Shown here: positions 12,310 through 24,252 of the stretch, piece by piece | Layout of the letters: every line of letters begins with the position of its first letter | Position numbering within the stretch: the first letter of the stretch is position 1 | NCBI GenBank assembly: GCA_907165135.1 | Contig: OU015568.1 | Coordinates: forward strand, 2,666,001 to 2,730,000 | DNA length: 64,000 nt | Origin: Oikopleura dioica | Taxonomy: Eukaryota; Animalia; Chordata | Direction of reading: 5' to 3' | Notes under the pieces: generated by a model | Databases searched by the model: none | The model's input: the letters and a program-made list of their open reading frames with translations, nothing else | What the model was told of the DNA's origin: nothing | Program-made: the position numbers and the translations under genes

Positions 12310-13505
12310 TTAAAACAATTCACAGGAAACAGCTCTAGAGTCAAATACAAGCGGGAAAGTCGTGTAGCCTTCTTGTCCAGTCTCATAACTTCCATTTTCA
12401 TCAAGCCATTCTGTTTCCTCATTCCATCGGAATTTCTGAACAACCCAGGGCTGCTTCAAGCCAGGGATGAAGAGCAACTCGTTTCCGTTGAGTGCTGCTT
12501 TTCCAAGCATATTTGCATGCTGGAGTTCTCCGACTTGGGACCAGACGTAATCTTCGAGGCGATAGATTCCCTTGACAACTTCGTAGCCATCTTCGTTCAT
12601 GTCGTCGACCCTGGCGCTAGTTCCGCCGAGAGTGAGGATTCCTCTTTTGAAGGAGATCACTTCTGTGTAAGCGATGTCCACTGGATGATCTTCAATCAGA
12701 CGCCACTTCTGTTCATCCCTTAGTTCGACCTTTCCTCTCGAAACGCCGTACCCACCAACCGCAATCAACTGTTGATCGTACACGCCCAAGGCGACGTCGT
12801 AACCTCTCGCCACATTCACATTTTGATCGTCCAAGACGCTCGTTTCGCCGTCGAAGATCTCGCAACGTCGAGCATTTCCAAAACAGAGCCAGACGTTCTC
12901 CTCGAAAAGAGTAAGCGCGTGCCTCTCGGTGCTGAAGAGATACTTCAGCCTCGTTTGCTGCTCTTCGAAGTTGCATCCGCCAAGGATCGAGATTTTGTTT
13001 CCGTCTAAAAATCATATTTATGCATCAAAATTTTTACCACTCTTGTACCTGGGTAGCCGCCGAAAATCCAAAGTTCGCCTTTGAAAAAAACGCTGCCAGC
13101 GAAGTAAATTTGGTTGATTTTTGGCGAAAAAGCATCAACTTGCTCAAGCGAGTTTTCTCCAACAAAATATGATGCTGTAAGATCCGTTTGGTCAAAGCGC
13201 TGCCCGACTACAACAGTTTTCTTCAAAGGATCGTAGCAGTACTCGCTTGGGCAGTTTTCGCAACCCTTGATGAAAATTGAAAGAAAAAAAGGAAATCAAT
13301 TTCTTACTTTTGGGCAAAAGCCACCGCAAGGGCAGTTATTGAAGCAAGATTTGTAGTTGTTTTCGCACTGGAGATTGCAACCATCGCTTAAACAATTTGT
13401 CTGACAGTCGAGATAACTGGCAATACAGTCATTATCGCACTGTTGGGAAAGAAGCTCGTTCGAGCAAGCGTCAGAGACGGCAAAAATGGCGAGGGATAAT
13501 TTCAT
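12310..13505 (-). CDS. Secreted protein: Cys-rich N-terminal domain plus Kelch-type beta-propeller
   Basis: Signal peptide MKLSLAIFAVSDA, Cx3Cx6Cx3C repeats ending CPCGGFCPKGC, then Kelch-like GG motifs (LWIFGGY, LIAVGGY, ILTLGG, WSQVGEL). Confidence 0.8.
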
Positions 13506-13857
13506 TTCGAGAAGCAACTTATTTTCTTTCGAAAGCAGTTTTCAACTGGCTACCATCTGTTACTTCCCGTGAACTCGGTTGCCTAGCTCGGTTCTTCGTA
13601 CACTTGGACTTTAGTTGACCCTGAAGCCGACTTGCTATTTTCTTCTAGAAGCGAATTTTATCAAGAAATAACAGCTGTTCTTAAGATTATGTGAATTTGT
13701 GTCATTTAAACTTGGGCGAAAAGGTCACGAAATTTGAGACGAAACATAGTGTTAAAAATTCTTTTTGTTTATTTGCAAATATTTTGCATTGAAGATCAAA
13801 TGTACAGAAAAATTTGGAGTAAGTAAAATTTACTTTTCCAAAAGTTTTTCGACTCGC

Positions 13858-14838
13858 TTATTCGCAGGTGGCATCAGCGTCAGCAACGTATCCGGAGAGT
13901 CCTGCAGAGTCTGGGCAGCATTGGCTCTTGTTCAATCCAATCCAGTGGCTGAAGATTGGAAATAAGGAGATTGAAAGGGTTGAGAGGGGTGAAGCAGTGT
14001 TATTAATGATGACTTACTAAGGTTTGTTGTGACCGCCGCAGCATTGATGCTCAACTGGAATGCCAGGAGTAGAAACGCAATTTTCTGGGTCTCTGTTGTC
14101 GAAGCCTCCGTAGAAGAAATGGTACTGCTCGTCGAAGACTCTGAGCTGGTTGAAGCTGTCCTTGGCGAACTGAACATCGCACTCAAACAGCTCTCGAGAG
14201 CAGGAAGACTCGTTGTCTTGCGACTCGAACTGCTTGTTTTTCGAGGAGAATTTCCAGGTGTACTCGACGAATTCGCCGATGCAGGTGTCTCCGTGCTTTT
14301 CTCGAACGCACTTTTGGCAGTCTTTGTAAGCCTTGCACTTGTTGTCCAAAGCGTCCTGAAGAAAAAATAAGGGAATGGCTCGAATAGAGATTTTTTACCT
14401 TGGGAGCTCCACGGCCCATTTCAGAGAGAGGTCGATCACCTAGGAGGTGACAGTGGCATCCGTAAGCCCACAACTGTCTCTCATCAAACTTGTCTTTTCC
14501 ATTGAGCCCGTTGACTTTCCACATTTTCTTGTGGATAGCCTTAAGATCGGCATATCGTCGGTCACCATCTGGGAGTGCTCGGGTTCCTGAATTTTTGCCA
14601 TAAAGATAGATTCAAAATGAAATTTTTGTTGTAAAAAAATTTTTTTGTAGACAATTTCATTTTTTTTCTCTTATTAAAAAGAAGCGAACTTACCGGCTCT
14701 CGCCAAGGCAGGAATCAAGGGTTCTTTAGTCTCGCAATCAACTTCAACGCCTCCGAAAACGCAAACATCGTCGTCAACGATTCCGTCGGTCTCCGCCAAC
14801 ACAACTGTAGCGATTTGAAAAGCGGCAAAGAGTTTCAT
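13858..14838 (-). CDS. Secreted PLA2-like (catalytically inactive) protein
   Basis: Signal peptide, YGCHC, GRGAPKDALDNKCKAYKDC, C-terminal CCGG..CC module; close paralogue of 19010-19977. Confidence 0.85.
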
Positions 14839-15536
14839 TTGAAAAGGGGAAAAATAAGTTTTGATATCACTTACTTCTTATCGAAGCTTTAGTGAACGCT
14901 CCGAACGAGCAATTTTGCTTTTATTGAACCGCGTGGTAGTGGTGGCGCTGTTGCGGGAAATATTGATGAGCGGGAGATTGTTTTTATTCGAAGATTATGA
15001 TTTGATGAGATTTTTGAACGGTATTCTTCAATAGGGAGACAAATTATTCAGGGTTTCGCTAAGAGTTTGTTTGGTGAGGGTCTTAGTACAAGTAAGAGGG
15101 TAAAGGAGTCCCTAATAAGGATCTAAAAGATAATTTTCAAAATAAATTCTTAACACGAAAATCAACAAATAGAATATTTTCTCCCTAAAATTTTCGATAA
15201 AATTCTTTTTTCCCTATTTGATTTCCTTATTCTCGCTCCAAAACGACCCTCGCCGCGATATGTGAGCTAAGAAAATCCTCCGTTTATACAATAACTCTCA
15301 TCCTAAAAGCTCATTTGAATTCTAGCGCGAGTTCTTCTAAATTCAAAGATCCACTTTCTCTCGCGCGAAGAGAAAAAAACAATTCTTACGTCTTTACTCT
15401 GAATCCCAAGGCTGTCATTTCCAACAAAATCAAGCGTCAACGGATTTATTTTGAGCAGAATAACAAGGAAACGGATGATCCGGATTTTGCCGCTTTACGA
15501 TTTTTTTTTTTGAAATGACGAGTTATTGAAAAAAGG

Positions 15537-15593
15537 CAGGGGTCGGCAACAAAAGAAGTAAACCTGAGTCAGGGTCTCAAAAAGCTTTGAATG
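15537..15593. mobile_element. Left end of the hAT-like AP-1 MITE family
   Basis: CAGGGGTCGGCAAC (hAT-type terminus) followed by AAACCTGAGTCAGGGTCT; no matching right end seen. Confidence 0.45.
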
Positions 15594-17275
15594 AAGCGGC
15601 ATTGAAAATATTTCCAGCAATGCTTGAAAGTTAAAGAAATTTTTATTTATTGAAAAAGTCAGAGAAAAAAATTTTATCGGTAGAATTTAAGTCAATATTT
15701 TTCCGGGCTTCTTCAAATCACTTTGAACTGTTTTCACTTCCTGAAGCAATTATGATTTCCTGCAAGTAAAGATTTATGAGTTGCATATAATTTTACCGCT
15801 AAGCTAGCGTTCTTTCAATTATTTCTCGAAGATTGACGTGTTACATCCTAGTTGGTGTTGAAAACAGGCGCCCGACGTAATAACCATAATTCCAAAATAT
15901 CCAACTTCGTGGCAACTCAGCGACAAAAATTTAATCTCAAGCAGGGCCCCAAAACGAGTTGATTTCTCCACGAGTCCTGCTTATTTGGTAAAGAAGATAC
16001 ACGAATGATATCGTTTTTATGATCGTTGAATTTGTTTTGAACGAAATCATGGCCAACGACACCATTTTCCAACGCACCAAAGGCCACAATTCCCGAGGTC
16101 ATCAAAATGTGATTTTTAGAATTTCCGCCCAATCTGGCTAAATATCAATTTTCATGAGTGTCATTAATTTTGATTGATTTTCCAGAAGACTTTCCTTCAG
16201 GTCAGCATACGCCCACCGAAGACTCTTTAGCTACAGTTTGTTACGCTAGCAAATGAGCTTGGTTGTTTATGACTATTTTCATAAGAAAAATGACATTCAA
16301 AATGACAGGGTTTTATTTAAAAATGACATTTTCTTTAATGAATTTTTTTTAAAAGCAGCCAATTGGGACAGAATATAATCAAAAAAGCTGACTGCTTTTT
16401 TGTCATCGTCAAGTCTGCCAAAAGCAAGTTGAACCTGTCGCTTGGTCGATTTGACGTTGATTGGAAGACAAGCAAAATCCATCAATATAAATAAGCCGGC
16501 AGATAATTCCTTTTTGAAAATGAAAATTCATGATCAACGTTAACCCTCGTCTTCTTCATTTTAATTGGTCTTCAGTGGAAAAATTAAAAGTGAGATTTTT
16601 TAATAAATGTTCAGATTCAATGATTTTTCAATGACGTCAAATTCAGGGAAAACCCAACGTTGCGAAAATAGGCTAATTTAATCAACACATTTTGGACTAA
16701 TTTGAGCAAGATTTAAGCAACAAGTAGGCTCGTCTGATGCTTCCGCAAATTAATGATAAAGCCTCTCCCTCCACGTACCGAGTTGTTTGATTCAAACTCC
16801 AATACGAAAACTTAATTTGTGGCCGTCGTTTTTATGTTTGAGATTCAAACATGCGCGCGACGTAATGAGCTTAATCCAAGAAAAAACGTAAAAGACAGCT
16901 CAGCGCTTCTATTTTTATTAAAAAGATTGAAGTTATTTTCCATGAGCAAGCGGTTTTGTAACAGGAAGCGAAATTTCATATATCGATATAATTATAAAAT
17001 ACAAAAATTGTTTAGCGAGTCTTGAACTAAAAATAGAACTCCGAAAACCACATTAACTCATCTGTATCTTTCCTACAAGCCTGAGAGACTTTCCTAACCC
17101 CTTTGATCTCCGAAGATCCTAATAGCTTGAGCAATTAAAACGGGAGAGTGAGGAGAGAGCGCCGCGAATCTACTGAAGCAGCGCACTTCTCTCAACTATA
17201 AAACTCCTAGTTCAAGACTTTTTTAAAGAAGAAAATCGAGAAAAAGTCAGAAAAAAGCCATAAAAAAGGGAGAGC

Positions 17276-17566
17276 ATGAATCTTTTTAAATATCTTCTCC
17301 TCGGTAAGCCACCTCATAAAATTCCAAAAAAAATATTGATCGAAATTTTGACCTTTTTTATCTTTTCAGGTCTTTCCTACGGCCAAGACACTGAATCCGA
17401 CACAAACGCTCCTGCTCCAGAAGAAACTACCGCTGCTGTAACTGAAGTAGTCACTGATGCTCCCGATACAAACTCCACCGAACCAGATGACGGAAACAAC
17501 AGCCAATCAACCCTTGGTTTCTCGACTGTTCTCATGCTCGGTGCCTCCGCTCTGTACAGATTCTAG
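17276..17566 (+). CDS. Tiny Ser/Thr/acidic-rich, probably GPI-anchored surface protein (66-nt intron at 17304-17369)
   Basis: Signal peptide MNLFKYLLLGLSYG, a T/E/D/P-rich stalk, and hydrophobic C-terminus STLGFSTVLMLGASALYRF; TATAAAA at 17197. Confidence 0.7.
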   Translation: MNLFKYLLLGKPPHKIPKKILIEILTFFIFSGLSYGQDTESDTNAPAPEETTAAVTEVVTDAPDTNSTEPDDGNNSQSTLGFSTVLMLGASALYRF

Positions 17567-18084
17567 ATTCGTAATCAATTTCGCTGCAAGAAATTTGAAG
17601 TTGCCAACAATGATTTTTGTGCACGAATGAGAAGGCATCTTTTCAAATAATTCTGCTTTAATAAAAATATTTTTCAAAATTTCTTTTCTGAAAAATGCTT
17701 TTCTTGCTAAATCCCTCAGTCTTGTCCGAAAACCGCGACGCTCACAATAATTATCAGGAACGAGGTTTGTGTTAATAGCGTAAGAAAAATCCCCTCTGCG
17801 GAAAAGCTTTGATCCGGCCCCTGATGCAGTTTTGTTATTTGACAAAAGACGGAATAAGCGGTTGGATTTTCGAGTTTTTCGTTTTGAAATGAAATAATGT
17901 TCAATAATAAACAGAACACGGGTAGAACAGGTTGGGCATGGTTTACGCTCGATTCGGTTTTACGAATTGTTCAACCTTCTAATCGGCTAATTTTCCATTC
18001 GGCAAGATAACACAAGCTTTCGAAAAAAGTACGAGTATGAAGGGGCCGACGCATTAGTACAAACTGTATTAGCCAAACACGTTA

Positions 18085-18277
18085 TTGATAAGTACAACAT
18101 GTATTAACCAAAACTGTTTGGCTAATACAGTTTTGGTTGATCAATGTTCCCATAAAATCAAGATTTTCTTCTGTTTTCTATATAAATGGGTGCGGAGCGC
18201 CCTATTTCTAACATTCTTGATCAATCAAAACTGTATTAGCCAAACAGTTTTTGGTTAATACATATTGTACTTATCAA
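18085..18277. mobile_element. Fold-back MITE with ~60-bp TIRs and putative TA TSD (Tc1/mariner-type)
   Basis: 18085-18144 and 18217-18277 are near-perfect reverse complements, with TA on both flanks; a partial extra copy of the arm lies at 18061-18079. Confidence 0.65.
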
Positions 18278-19009
18278 TATGAACTGAACAGTTTTCTTCG
18301 CAGAAATAAAGCTTTATTTTTGCTATAAAGACTAAAAGAGATTTCGAGGGGGTTAAATAAACGATGACTTGACTTCTTCGAACATTTGCAGCAACTGATT
18401 TGTCTTTTATAAAAATAAGCAAACACGCGAAAAGACTAAGCTACTGATGATAGCAGACTCAAATCTGGGGTCACGCGGGGTTTATGAAAATCTTTTCTTT
18501 CGCAGTGCTTGCAACCCATAAATTTTTACGGTGAAAAAATTTTTTGATCATGGTCTATTTTTTTAAATTAAACTTAGCATATATTGATGTAGTTTTGGTA
18601 CAATGAATGACATCGAAATTTTGACATCTTGAAAGAATGCTTTAGTTGACTTGAGTCAACTTAGAAAGAGGTTGTCACGTTTGTCGTTTTAATAATTCTT
18701 ATTTTCCGTCTTAGACAAAAACCATCCAAAAGAAATGTCTTCCTGGATTCTTGCCATCTTTTTCAGTTTCATGCATCAGTTTTGCAAAGGTTAAAAAGTC
18801 CACTCGTCAGCATACACGATCAACGCATGCAATATTTCCAAGAGCAATTTTTACGATGGCGCGATTTGTTAGCTCCACCACCGCTCTAGCGCCGCTCCGG
18901 CCGTCCCTTATAAGCAGCGTCAATGTTTCAATTCCTCATCAAACTTCGATAAGAAGTAAAAAGATAACAAGACAAAGAGATCTTCTAAAATCTTCCAAGC
19001 TTGAAAAAA

Positions 19010-19977
19010 ATGAAACTTTACGCTTTTTTCGCCGCCATCGCTCTCGCCCAAGAAGACGACGTCGTCGCCGATGACGTCTGCATCTCCGGCGGAGAGGAAG
19101 TAAGCTGCTTGACTGTCCGAGGCCGAAAGGACAGAAACAAGAACAAGGAAGAGAACAGAAGCTCTTTGTCGCCCGAAGAGCGCCGATACGCCGATTTGAA
19201 GGCAATCGCCAAGAAAATCTGGGGCAACAACGGACTCAAGGGCAAGAACAAGTTCGACGAGCGAAAATACTGGGCTTACGGATGCCACTGCTACTTGCTC
19301 GGAGATCGACCTCTCACTGAGATGGGAACCGGCGCTCCAAAGGTAAAAAAAAGAGAAAATAATCTAGAAAAATTTTTGTGTCAAATATTTCCGATTTGCA
19401 TCTAAGGGTTAAACCTCCTTCCTCCCTTATCTTATCTTGAGTTTTTCTTTTTTCTAACGGAATATTTTTCAGGACGAGCTCGACAACAAGTGCAAGGCCT
19501 ACAAAGATTGCCAGAAGTGCGTCCGAGAAAAGCACGGTGACACCTGCATCGGCGAATTCACCCAATACACCTGGAGCTACAAGTCCAAGAACGGCATTGG
19601 CTTCGTTTCTCAGAACGAAGAAGGCTCCTGCGAGCAGGAATTGTTCCAGTGCGATCTCAAATTCGCCCAGGACACCTTCGCCGCGATGAACATCTTCAAC
19701 GAAGACTACCACTTCTTCTGGGGCGGATTCGACAACCGAGACCCCGACAACTGCCCCTCCAACGGTGGTATCCCAGTCGACCACCAGTGCTGCGGCGGTT
19801 ATGATCGACCCTAGTAAGTTTTCGAGAATTTTCTTAATTTTTTCTTGAAAATTTTCTTTTCGGATCTTTTTTTCTAAAAATCATTTTAGCCACTGGATCG
19901 GCCTCAACAAGAACAAGTGCTGCCCCGCTTCCGATGGCAACTCTGGAATCGTCACACCCGTCGAAGAAAACTGCTAA
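19010..19977 (+). CDS. Secreted PLA2-like (catalytically inactive) protein, 3 exons
   Basis: MKLYAFFAAIALA signal, YGCHC, GTGAPK|DELDNKCKAYKDC, CCGGYDRP|YHWIGLNKNKCC; GT-AG introns. Confidence 0.88.
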
Positions 19978-20582
19978 TTTAAAATTTGATGGGCTCAAAA
20001 AGCAACTCATCATTTCAGAAATACTCTTGTGGGCTCTGCTTCCTCAAATTAACTTTTGATCTCTGTGTAAATAAGATCCAAATAAAATCACATCTTTCTT
20101 AAACTTTCATTTTTTATTGCTTTTTTGACGATGATTTTGAACAAGATTTTGTACAAGATTTTGGTCAAATATTCAAGCAATCAGATTCAAGCATTTCCCC
20201 GGCTAGCCAATCAGATCTAAGCAAAAAGTGGTCGCAAAAATCGAGTTTTTATCGCTTTTTCGAGCCAAAAACCAGCGAAAATTTTGATTTTGAAGGTCAA
20301 TTTCTATCCCAAATAGAATGAAGAATTTTATTTTTATGAGATCACGGATGAAAATCGAAAATTTTCATATCGAGAATCGATTTTTCGACAGTGACCAAAA
20401 CGATCCAAAATCGAGAATAATGAATTCCAGCGCTCCTTATTTTCGCCGTCACTGCCAAATTTCACCGAATGGGGTTTTTGACGATCGAAGCTTTTTACGC
20501 GAGATTTCTCATCAATCGAGAGAGAGTCGAAGGAGATGGGGCTTGACACGAAAGCTGAGTCTTTTTTAGGAAAGGGATCAAA

Positions 20583-22852
20583 ATGGACAAGATTTTCAAA
20601 TTTCCCCAAAAATTGGTTTTTCATCCCTTTTTCTTAGCTGGCTACGATGTGCTCCGAACTCCACTTTTTCCGGAATACCAAGCTGAGCTTGATAAACTTG
20701 TAAGTAAGAAATATCAAATTTTCACCCATTGCGGCGGGAGTACCGATTTATTGGAAGAGCGTCAAAAGATCCAAAATATTTTAGCAAGAAAAAGAGCTGA
20801 ACGACGAAGCTGAAATCAACTACAGATACGAAGAGCATGAGAATGAATCCAAGGTTAAAAATGCTATCTCTTTAACAAAAAATCACTTCGAAATAGGTGT
20901 TGGTCCAAAAGCCGCGATTTATCTGGCTGTTGGAAGTTCCGACTCAGGCGCCAGAGGAAGATGACTTCAATACTCAGCCGCTTCCGGCACAGAGACGTAA
21001 GAAAGAGCGGAAAAAGTCGAGTAAAATCCATGTTTTAGGACAAAACGATGGGCTGGGCTCGACTTATCTAAATGAAGCCATTGATATGGAAAAACCAGTT
21101 GACTTGGGCTTCAAAGACACCAAATTCATCAAGAATGGATTCAGCTTTTCCGGTACATTTTAAGCTCTTCCACTAAAATGCTTGATCGTTTTTGTAGATG
21201 TCCGACAAGGTCGAGTCGGAGAGAGTTGGTTCATGGCTTCTATCGCGAGTCTGACTGTTTTCCCAAAGAATCTGGCTTACATGATTCAGAAGCAAAAGAA
21301 CATGGCAAAGCCACATGGACCCTTTGAGTTTCATTTCTTTGGTAAAACTGCCTTTCCGGGTTTTGATTTCATAAAATTAAAGATATGCACCAGTGGGTTC
21401 CTGTTTTTGTCGACAATATGCTGCCGAAAATGTGGACTACGAGAAGATTGACTCCTCAAATTGAACAAGGAAGGAACTTGTTAAGAAATTATTCTTGAGT
21501 CTGAAGTCACTTTTTTATCATTTTTTTTTGTTTCTTATCAAAAACAGCGGAGAAACCCGACCGAATGAGCTTTGGCTTGCCTACTGCGAAAAAGCTTACG
21601 CAAAACTCAACTCGTAAGATTACAATTACTTCTTGTTTTCACCCTCTTTCTCAGGGGATACAGCAGTATCGAAGCTGGACAAGCAGTAGAAGCAATGGCT
21701 GACATTACGGGAGGCTTTCCTGTACGAACAACTCTCAGCACGACGAAATACCTCAAAGAAACTTGGAACTTTATCTATCGGTACCCTGAGTAGAATTTTT
21801 TTGAGGAAATCGATTCTTCTAGAAATCAAGGAGACATGATCATCACTTCATGCATCTACAACAACGACAATTCCGGAGTAGAAAACGAACTGAATAACGG
21901 ACTTTACGATGGTCACGAGTACTCACTTCTCAAAGTTGAAATTGTCAAAAGTAAGATTTTTTTTCTCTTTTCGTTCATTTTTGACGAATAATTTTAGACA
22001 ACGATGATGAGTTTATCAAGCTGGTGATGTTGCGTAACCCTTGGGGAAATAACAAAGGAAAATTTCATGGAAATTGGTCGGAATCAAGGTAAAAAGCTCA
22101 GTGAATAATTTTTACCCAGTTCATTTTAGTGATAAGTGGATGACATTGCCTGACGAGACAAATACGAGACTGAGATCAGCATGGCCAGACGGTGGATTTT
22201 GGATGGGATACGACGAATGGCTAACGGTTTTAAGCCAGTTTTATGTTCTTTCTTACTTATTTTTTTGCAGAGCTTTGATGAGTTCACTTTCTGCCGAATC
22301 CCGAAAATTACTTACGGAGGATACATCGGTAAGAAGCTCCTGGCATGTTTTTTGTTCTTACAAATTTTTCAAGAGCCCGAATTCGAATGGAAAAAATATC
22401 ACTGTCTCAATGGAACATTCAAGAAACATAAGCTCACCTTTAGACTTGTTGCGCGATCTAAGCAAGAAATATGGATACAGGTAAAATATGCTCGTCATCA
22501 GAACAGAATATGACCAATTTTAGCCGCTATTTGACGATGGCCGAAACCGAAGAGATGAATTCCGACTGTTCCTCTGTGTTCGCGACAATCGTGATGGAGG
22601 CAATCAAGTTGTTCTCCCGACATATCCTACTGACTATTCTTACCGTAACCTCGTTCCCTACACCAAAGAAAGGTAGAGAAAAGTCAGCACCCACTTATTA
22701 TCCTCTTGATCAGCTACGTCTTCCACCTGAACTCCGGCAACTACACCATCGAGCTCGAGAGTTTCGACAAGAACTGCGAGCCAAACTTCGAGCTTGGCCG
22801 TGCCTGGGCTCTGCGATGCTTTGGAGAAGATCTTTCGCTCAAACAACTCTAG
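20583..22852 (+). CDS. Calpain-family protein (CysPc plus domain III) with catalytic Cys replaced by Ser
   Basis: DVRQGRVGESWFMASIASL, ELWLAYCEKAYAK, AMADITGG, GHEYSL, LRNPWG, GGFWMGY, and domain-III-like FHLNSGNYTIELESF; many short introns. Confidence 0.88.
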
Positions 22853-23030
22853 AAATTTTTCAATCAAGCGCTACTACCGTAGATATCGAACATTATCTCA
22901 ACATCGTCAAATATTTGTCAGCTGTTTTCGGGTTAATAAATAGTCATTGAATTGATCATCAGATCTGTTTATTGAATAATTAATAAAGAGGTTGTTTTTA
23001 AAAATAATAAGAATCTGATTGCTAGAAAGT

Positions 23031-23674
23031 TTACAAGAAGAGAGATTCGTCGCCTTCGAACATATCTCCGCTGCCTTCTCCGCTGCCTTCTGGGGTGGTG
23101 GTGATTGGCGCCTGAGTGGTACTGGTGGCGAAGGAGCCGCAGTTGGTCTTCAAGCAATCGTCCAAAAGTTCCCAGGCGTTGTCTCTGCAGAGCTGCTCGA
23201 GAGCTGGATCTGCAGCGACACCCTGAAAATGGTTTTGAGATTTGCAAGGAAATATATAATTTTAATCTGTTGATTACTCACATCACATCGATGGTGCTCC
23301 TGGATGTATCGATGTTCGCAGGAGTCAATGCAGTGGCAGGTGCTGTTGCACTCTTTGTGAGCGTCGTTGGCGTCGTGGACGCATTTCTGGTGTTCAGAGT
23401 GGTCGGTGATCTCGTTGCACTTGAGTTTATCCTCGTGGTGCTTGTCGTTGCAGTCGATGTGGCACTGGTTGCAGGGATCCTTGCAGATATTGTGCTTTTC
23501 GTCGGCTTCGGCTCGGCACTGGTTGTAAGCCTCGTTCAGTTCATCAAGAGGGTCGTACAAGGGCGCACACATTTCAAGGTCGGCTTCGTGGATCTTGTCG
23601 CACTCCCAGCTGCAGATGTTGTGAGATCGCGCCTTGGCGTGGATAGCAACAATGAGTCCGACAAAAAGTTTCAT
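23031..23674 (-). CDS. Secreted His/Cys-rich protein with Ser-Gly GAG-attachment tail, 2 exons
   Basis: Signal MKLFVGLIVAIHA, six Cx10C units rich in His/Asp/Glu, then TTTPEGSGEGSGDMFEGDESLFL*. Confidence 0.8.
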
Positions 23675-24252
23675 TTTTTTCTATTTTAGTTTTGATTTAT
23701 CTTTTAGATGATAGATTTATCAAGTGAGCAGTGATATTTATAGGAAGAACATCTGTGAAATTCTCGTGATCCGATTTTACTTTTTGCTGCTTTGGCAAGA
23801 ATTTCTTGGTGACGCTCTTAAATTCCATGAGAATTTTTGCATTGGAAAACAGAAATTCTCGCTGGAAAAACAAAGTAACGAAGCGGAATTTAACCGAAAA
23901 TAATTCAAATTTGACCCCCGTGGTTCAAATCTGTTGAACCTAAAATTTTAGTTTTTTTTTTTATCAAAAATTCTCATTTCTTAATTTTTTCATAAGGAAC
24001 AAGCCGAATTGGATTCGCACTAAACTTGACACTTATCATTTGTGACATATAAAACTACCATAAAAGTGCCATTTAACGAGATATGTGCATTGGGTCAGCT
24101 CCAACCTCAGAATGATTGATAGAAAAATTCTTTCTCTATCAATTTATTAGGCATAAACAATCCAAAATAGACCAGAGAACTTCCGAATAGTTCAGAAAGA
24201 TCCCGAATGGTTTCGGACATCTCGAGTTGTTTGAAGAGGCAAACGTCAAAAA

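Noticed and set aside
12277-12723. Long antisense ORFs (also 14029-14370, 19314-19784, 23105-23689, 36585-37010)
   Set aside because: Shadows of real genes on the opposite strand, caused by codon bias.
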